Below, in pieces: positions 58,335 to 64,000 of a stretch of 64,000 bases of DNA; within the stretch, counting starts at the first letter, position 1; each line of letters starts with the position of its first letter. Source of the stretch: Eledone cirrhosa (Eukaryota); NCBI GenBank assembly GCA_964016885.1, contig OZ024741.1:348998001-349062000 (forward strand), in the 5' to 3' direction. Made by a program: the position numbers and the translations under genes. The notes beneath the pieces are model-generated. The model was not told the DNA's origin and made no database searches. It worked only from the letters and a program-made list of their open reading frames with translations.

Positions 58335-58985
58335 CTAGACTGGTACAGTATTTATCAAAATCGAAACGAGGAAAGGCAAAGGTGACCTCAGTGGGATTTT
58401 TACTCTGGGAGAAGCAAGTCGTTCCAAATACCACAAAATATTCTATCCGACGTTTAAAGGGCCTGCCAATTCGTCGTCTATAAATATATTAAAAGAAAAA
58501 CTGTAAAAAATATTAAAAGAAAAACGTCCCAACCGACTTTGATCCTACCTCTCCTGAATCAATGCTGTTCTGGAGCTAAACGAAAATGACTGAATTCAGA
58601 AACATACGTTTAGTCAGTTCAATTGATCTTAAATCTTAAATTGAGCTACTTTTGCCTATTCAGGAAGGTTTGAACGTAAATTTGGCAAGAAAATAATTTG
58701 AATGTAAAGGTATATAACTAAATACAAGTAGAAATGTAACCAGGCAACCCGACGTGTTTTCGCTACACACATAATGTTTTCTGATATAAACATAAGGTCA
58801 GCAATTTTGTTGGATGCGAAGTCGATTAAATTAACCCCAGTTCGTTACCGGTACTTTATCGACTTCGTAAGAATAAAAGACATAATTGACCTTGGTGGGA
58901 TTTGAACTCTTAATGTAAATACCAGGAACAAAGGAACAAATAACACATGTATGTTATACAACGCACTAAAGAGTCTTCCAATCCA
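58335..58985 (-). mobile_element. Old SINE copies (about 58335-58470 and 58775-58985)
   Basis: GGTACTTTATCGAC, GGGATTTGAACTC. Confidence 0.6.
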
Positions 58986-59952
58986 ACATCATCTTCACTA
59001 CACGTAAAATATAAGTTATTGTTGCTGCTGTTGTTGTTGTCGCTGTAGTTGTTTGTGGTGGAGGTGGTGGTTGTGGTGGTGATGGGGTTGTTGTTCAGCC
59101 TTAAATGTAGCTTGAACGAGATTTTTCATCAAAAGGAATCCGTGACCTTCCAATCATTTAAAAAAGTATTTAGGACCACATTATCAAATGGAAATTGTCC
59201 TTATTTAAGACAGTAAGATGTCGTTTGAGATAGATTTGTTTGCTATTTCTAGAATATCAAGCAGCCACGAAGTGTCTCCCTCGTTGACGCAACAAAATAA
59301 TAGTACCATACATAAATGTTTAGAGAAACACTATAATTCGTCTCATGAAATATCAGTGTATTACCTTTAAACCTTTGAAGTCAATAAAGGAATATCTAAT
59401 TGGTCGTTTGACATGCTAGGAATAGTATCCAACTATCCCTCAATTCACACCTTACTGTCTTAAGAATAAACGGATAAGTTGGCAAATTGTGAACATAGTT
59501 CTATTTGATCAAATGTAACCTAGGATTTAACAACAACAATGCTGACAAAAACAACCACAGAGAAAACAATAAAAAAAGTAATTACAAGAACGTGTCAAAC
59601 TACGAATGACCTTCTCGAAAGAGCAATCTGTTAGTTTCTAAATTACAGCTTGCCATCTTAAAAGGTGACAGAAATATAGGATAATATATTTCTGATTACT
59701 ATATGTCTGAAAAGAAAGATGGGATGGGCAAGAGGGAATGATCAATAATAGAATGAAGGTAAATAACAACTAAATATGTCTAACATGAGCATAAGGTCAC
59801 ACACACACACACACACACATACACTGTTCATCAGCTAGCTTGGACTCGGCAATCTCACTGCATGTCTTTGCTAGACATTTACAATAGACTTTACCGTCGA
59901 GGCTTAACAAGGAGATCCCTCTGTAATTTGGACCAATTATTTACCGTCAAAA

Positions 59953-60134
59953 ATAATTGTTTTTACTTTTGGCACAAGGCCAGCAATTAACCAGTGTATT
60001 ACTGGTACTTTATTTTATCGACCCCGTAAGGATGAAAGGCAAAGTTAACCTCGGCGGGATTTCAACTCAGATCATAAAGGGACGTAACTCTATGCTCCGA
60101 AGCATGGTGTTCGACTCTCTACCGATACTGCCAA
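59953..60134 (-). mobile_element. tRNA-derived SINE
   Basis: Same family as 18369. Confidence 0.9.
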
Positions 60135-60303
60135 CTAGTAATGATAATAAGGAAGGCAAATATTTTCTGAGTAAGGTCAAAAGGTGGACTAATACATAAA
60201 TACGCGCTTACAGGCGTGGATTAATGCGCTAGCAAACATATATAGTGTAAACCATATACATCTACACACACACGTACACACACACACACACATACACACA
60301 CAC

Positions 60304-60399
<96 letters not shown>

Positions 60400-61758
60400 A
60401 CCATTTCAACTGGATTAGTATAGTGTGAGTATATTAGAAAAAGTCGGGTTCGATAGCTGCGCTTTTGCTGTTGGGCCACGACACATGTCTAACTTCAGGA
60501 GTAATTATGAACTCTTTCCCCTAGCTTGTAGATTTGCAGTTGTCATGAGTTACTGTGCTGTTGAAGTTGAAATTAATACTATTATATTTGTTTTTGCGTG
60601 AATGTTAAAACTATGTTAAATATAAAACTATGTTTTGACGTTATACGCATGATTTGTTCAGTTATAATGCCTAAAACTTTCGTCCAATTTATAAGATGTG
60701 TATTCATTTAATTTTAGTATTAGAACGTGTTTGACCACGTTTTATTAAAATTAGGAGAGAAGGGTAATGTTCATTAACCTTTTAAGGGCCTCTTAGATTG
60801 GTACGGAGAGGAAGGTATCCTTAAGCCGAAGAACTTGTTTGAATTCTTACAAAAGGATGGACTCCGCTAAAGCCAACAAACTGGACCAGGTGGTGGTGAT
60901 AAACCGGTCTACGAATTACTATATAGTTTTCCTGCACAAATTACTTATTTTTACTGGGGAATTTTCGCCAGTAGTTCTTTTAAGTAGGAAAATATGTGAT
61001 TGCTTCTCGCTCCTCGATATTTATTATTCTCTTACGTTAATAAATAATTGGGAAGCACATGAAAGTCATTGCTTCCCTCCGAAGATCTAGTAAAACGGAA
61101 AATATATATGGAGTCGTCACTGCACTTTCCACTGACCATTACTTGCACCACACTCGAGTTTTAATTAATTTGAACCAATTAGTTGTCTTTCACCCTTACC
61201 CTTTCTTCACGAATTAATCATTAAAGCATTGCTCCTTCTCTTTATTGCGAAAGAGGTAATTTTCACTAATCAAATTAATTAAACAGCTGAAGACATTAAA
61301 CATGTTAGAATCTGCTATATGTAAATGTTTAAGTACTTTTTGAAAGGACATACCTATATCTTCTTTACTCAAATTAATGTTTAACTTAATAGTTGATACC
61401 CATGTACAACTTATGGTATATAATGGTTAACGGGGAATATATGAAACAGTGTATACCCATTCCAAGTGGATTTAGCTTATTTGTATGCTTTAGTCGGCTT
61501 GGATTAGTGTTTTAACAATCTTGGGACACTGTTTTATGTCAGGAATATTTCTTTCCTAAAAGGAACTACTGCTCATAAATCGTCACTTACAGGCCAAATT
61601 CTCATCAAGAATTTGGGTTTAGTAATACAGGTAAGGTAGGTGAATGTATTCTGATTTCCTCCACACCGTTTATCATTCTGCTACATGCATCATATTACTT
61701 CACATCTACGCACACAAAAATACATTCACACCCAGATACACACACGCGCGCGCACACA

Positions 61759-61812
<54 letters not shown>

Positions 61813-61869
61813 CACACACACATACACACACACACACACATACACACACACACGCACGCACACATTCCT

Positions 61870-62010
61870 CTTATTTCTCATTAATATCGTCTGATGAAGG
61901 TCTAGTGTCCGAAACATAAAAAACATTCTTCTACTATATCAAGCGTTACAGTAGTACATTTCTTCATTGTACAGTGTGGTTTGCTTTCTTTTGTTTCGGT
62001 TTACTTTTTG
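61870..62010 (+). mobile_element. Decayed copy of the 6805-6965 HHR family
   Basis: CTGATGAAGGTCTAGTGTCCGAAAC (61891-61915) and the shared CTATATCAAGCGTTA. Confidence 0.65.
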
Positions 62011-62198
62011 AATATATATATACTTTTGAAATATATATATGTGTGTGTGTGTGTATAGATATATTCATATATTTATGAACTATGTATATAAATATATTGA
62101 TATATTTATATGTTTGTATATATATATATATATATATATTTATTTATATATATATATATACAAACATATAAATATATAAATATATTTATATACATAGT

Positions 62199-63122
62199 TC
62201 AGCAGGCTACCTCAACAAAATAGAGTATATAGATGAGAACAATCAAAACACCCAAAATAAATCCCAGATAGGTAGATATAATAACACAACACCAAACCAC
62301 ACTTACTACCATAGTATACACACCAGTAAACCAACAAACAAAACTAATAGAAAGCGATGCAAAGAGTACTTATGGTATAACCCTGAATACAATAGTTCCA
62401 TTAGTACAAATTTACCAGTACTCTTCTTTAAAATAATTAAGAGACATTTTCCTACATCACACAAATACCACAAAATCCTAAACCCTACCACTATAAGACT
62501 GTCATACTCTACAGCGTTAAACCTTGAACAACACATAAAAAAGATCAATACTAGAAGGTTAAACGAAAACACTAAAAACTTAAGTACAAAGAACACAAAA
62601 AAAACAGTAGACAATACACTACAGAACATAAATAAACCACACCTAAGTTCGTCCGCAATACTACTCCAGAGAAAACCCAACGTACACAACTGTAACTGCA
62701 CCTATCCTAACAACTGCCCCCTCGGCAATAACTGCCTGGAAAAAAATATTATTTATAAGTGTACCATTAAATCCGGAGGCAACGAGTGGTATTACGTGGG
62801 ATCAACGGCAACATCGTTTAAATCTCGATTATATAGGCATTCTTACTCAATAAAACACCAGAGCCAAAGAAATGTAACAACTTTAGCAGAAAAAGCTTGG
62901 ACGCTCAGGGATAGCGATCAAAAGTTTACCCTAAAATGGGAGAAATTAGCTAAAACCCAAAGCTTTTCCAGGAGCCAAAATTTCTGCAAATTGTGTAATC
63001 TTGAGATCTATTACATAATCACACACAAGAGGAAATTGCTGAATAACAGAATTGAACGAACATTATTCTGCCGTCACCGAACTAAAACCCTTTTTTCCCA
63101 CTACAAGCTGAATATTACATAA
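62199..63122 (+). CDS. 5'-truncated Penelope-like element ORF (linker + GIY-YIG endonuclease), Naiad-like
   Basis: Manual translation shows an open frame of about 307 codons, extending well upstream of the ORF-track start: SAGYLNKIEY..LWYNPEY..KRHFP..KILNPTTIRLSYS..CNCTYPNNCPLGNNC..NIIYKC..YYVGST..FKSRLYRH..CKLCNLEIYYI..LLNNRIE..CRH*. Confidence 0.85.
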   Translation, partial: SAGYLNKIEYIDENNQNTQNKSQIGRYNNTTPNHTYYHSIHTSKPTNKTNRKRCKEYLWYNPEYNSSISTNLPVLFFKIIKRHFPTSHKYHKILNPTTIRLSYSTALNLEQHIKKINTRRLNENTKNLSTKNTKKTVDNTLQNINKPHLSSSAILLQRKPNVHNCNCTYPNNCPLGNNCLEKNIIYKCTIKSGGNEWYYVGSTATSFKSRLYRHSYSIKHQSQRNVTTLAEKAWTLRDSDQKFTLKWEKLAKTQSFSRSQNFCKLCNLEIYYIITHKRKLLNNRIERTLFCRHRTKTLFSHYKLNIT

Positions 63123-63406
63123 AAGAGGGACAACCCCCCAACTATATAAACCTCAATCTAGTTAGAAAAATATAAAAAGAATCTCTTCTCAACATATATA
63201 TGTATATTAATAACCTTAAATTACCACACTAATAATGGAAAGATATGCTGATGAGAATAGGTGCAAATATGCTATAATGAATGTGTCTAAAAGCGACCAT
63301 AAGTATGTATATATATGTGAAAATGTATATAAATAATTAAATATATATATATGTTATATATGTTTGATGTGTATAGTTAGATGTAAGTGCATTCATGTAT
63401 TAAAGT

Positions 63407-63459
<53 letters not shown>

Positions 63460-64000
63460 GACTGGAGTATGTGTGTATATATGTGTGTGTCTATACGTGT
63501 GTATATAAAGATAAGTTGAGTATGAAAATGTATACACATGAACGCGTATGTATGTACATGTATATATGTGTATATATATATGTATGCATGTGTACATGTA
63601 TGTAAGTATGAGCATGTAAGTATGTGTATGTGAGTATATGTATTTTGTAGAGGTCTGCATATATGTTTGTGTGTGAATGCGTGGGCGAAAGGATACGTAC
63701 ACTTGAAAGACAAATTTAAGTCTGAATGTTAATTAAGTGCAAACACAAAACCAACCACGCATATCTATACTATCTGTAATCCTTCTATAGATTTAGAAAA
63801 ATAACCAATAATATATTCTATAAAAATGTCAAAACAACAGATGGGAATCTAATTACTCACTGCCACCAAAAATTCTCACTGCTATCAAAAAACCACTCCC
63901 TCAACTATTCTTCTAACAACTTCACCCCTCCCTCCTAATATTCTCTATAAAAACCAAACAGGTCCTCAGTAAAATTATTCCGATGAAATGACAGTTGATA

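Overview
AT-rich, microsatellite-saturated eukaryotic DNA. The SINE family, short (AAAGAGT)n-tailed repeats and extreme (TA)/(CA)/(TACA) load suggest a cephalopod (octopus-like) genome; this is inference. I found no host protein-coding exon, and nearly all ORF-track entries are translations of simple repeats. The window is a nested mobile-element landscape: R4/Dong-clade LINEs (one family in (TACA)n, one in (TAA)n), decayed RTE and Tx1-like LINEs, RTE-type non-autonomous elements, many tRNA-derived SINEs, non-autonomous Helitrons, a Gypsy-type integrase relic, and a 5'-truncated Penelope-like element (PLE) with an open GIY-YIG frame. The most striking signal is about 11 well-formed type I hammerhead ribozyme (HHR) motifs, plus partial or degenerate ones, from about 10 unrelated short non-coding families. 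Most lie in or beside (TA)n tracts. They are arranged as fold-back inverted repeats or as partial tandem units of about 430-520 nt. This suggests an unusually diverse population of PLE-dependent, retrozyme-like elements, some with atypical cores or pseudoknots. All folds were done by eye and no activity is shown.
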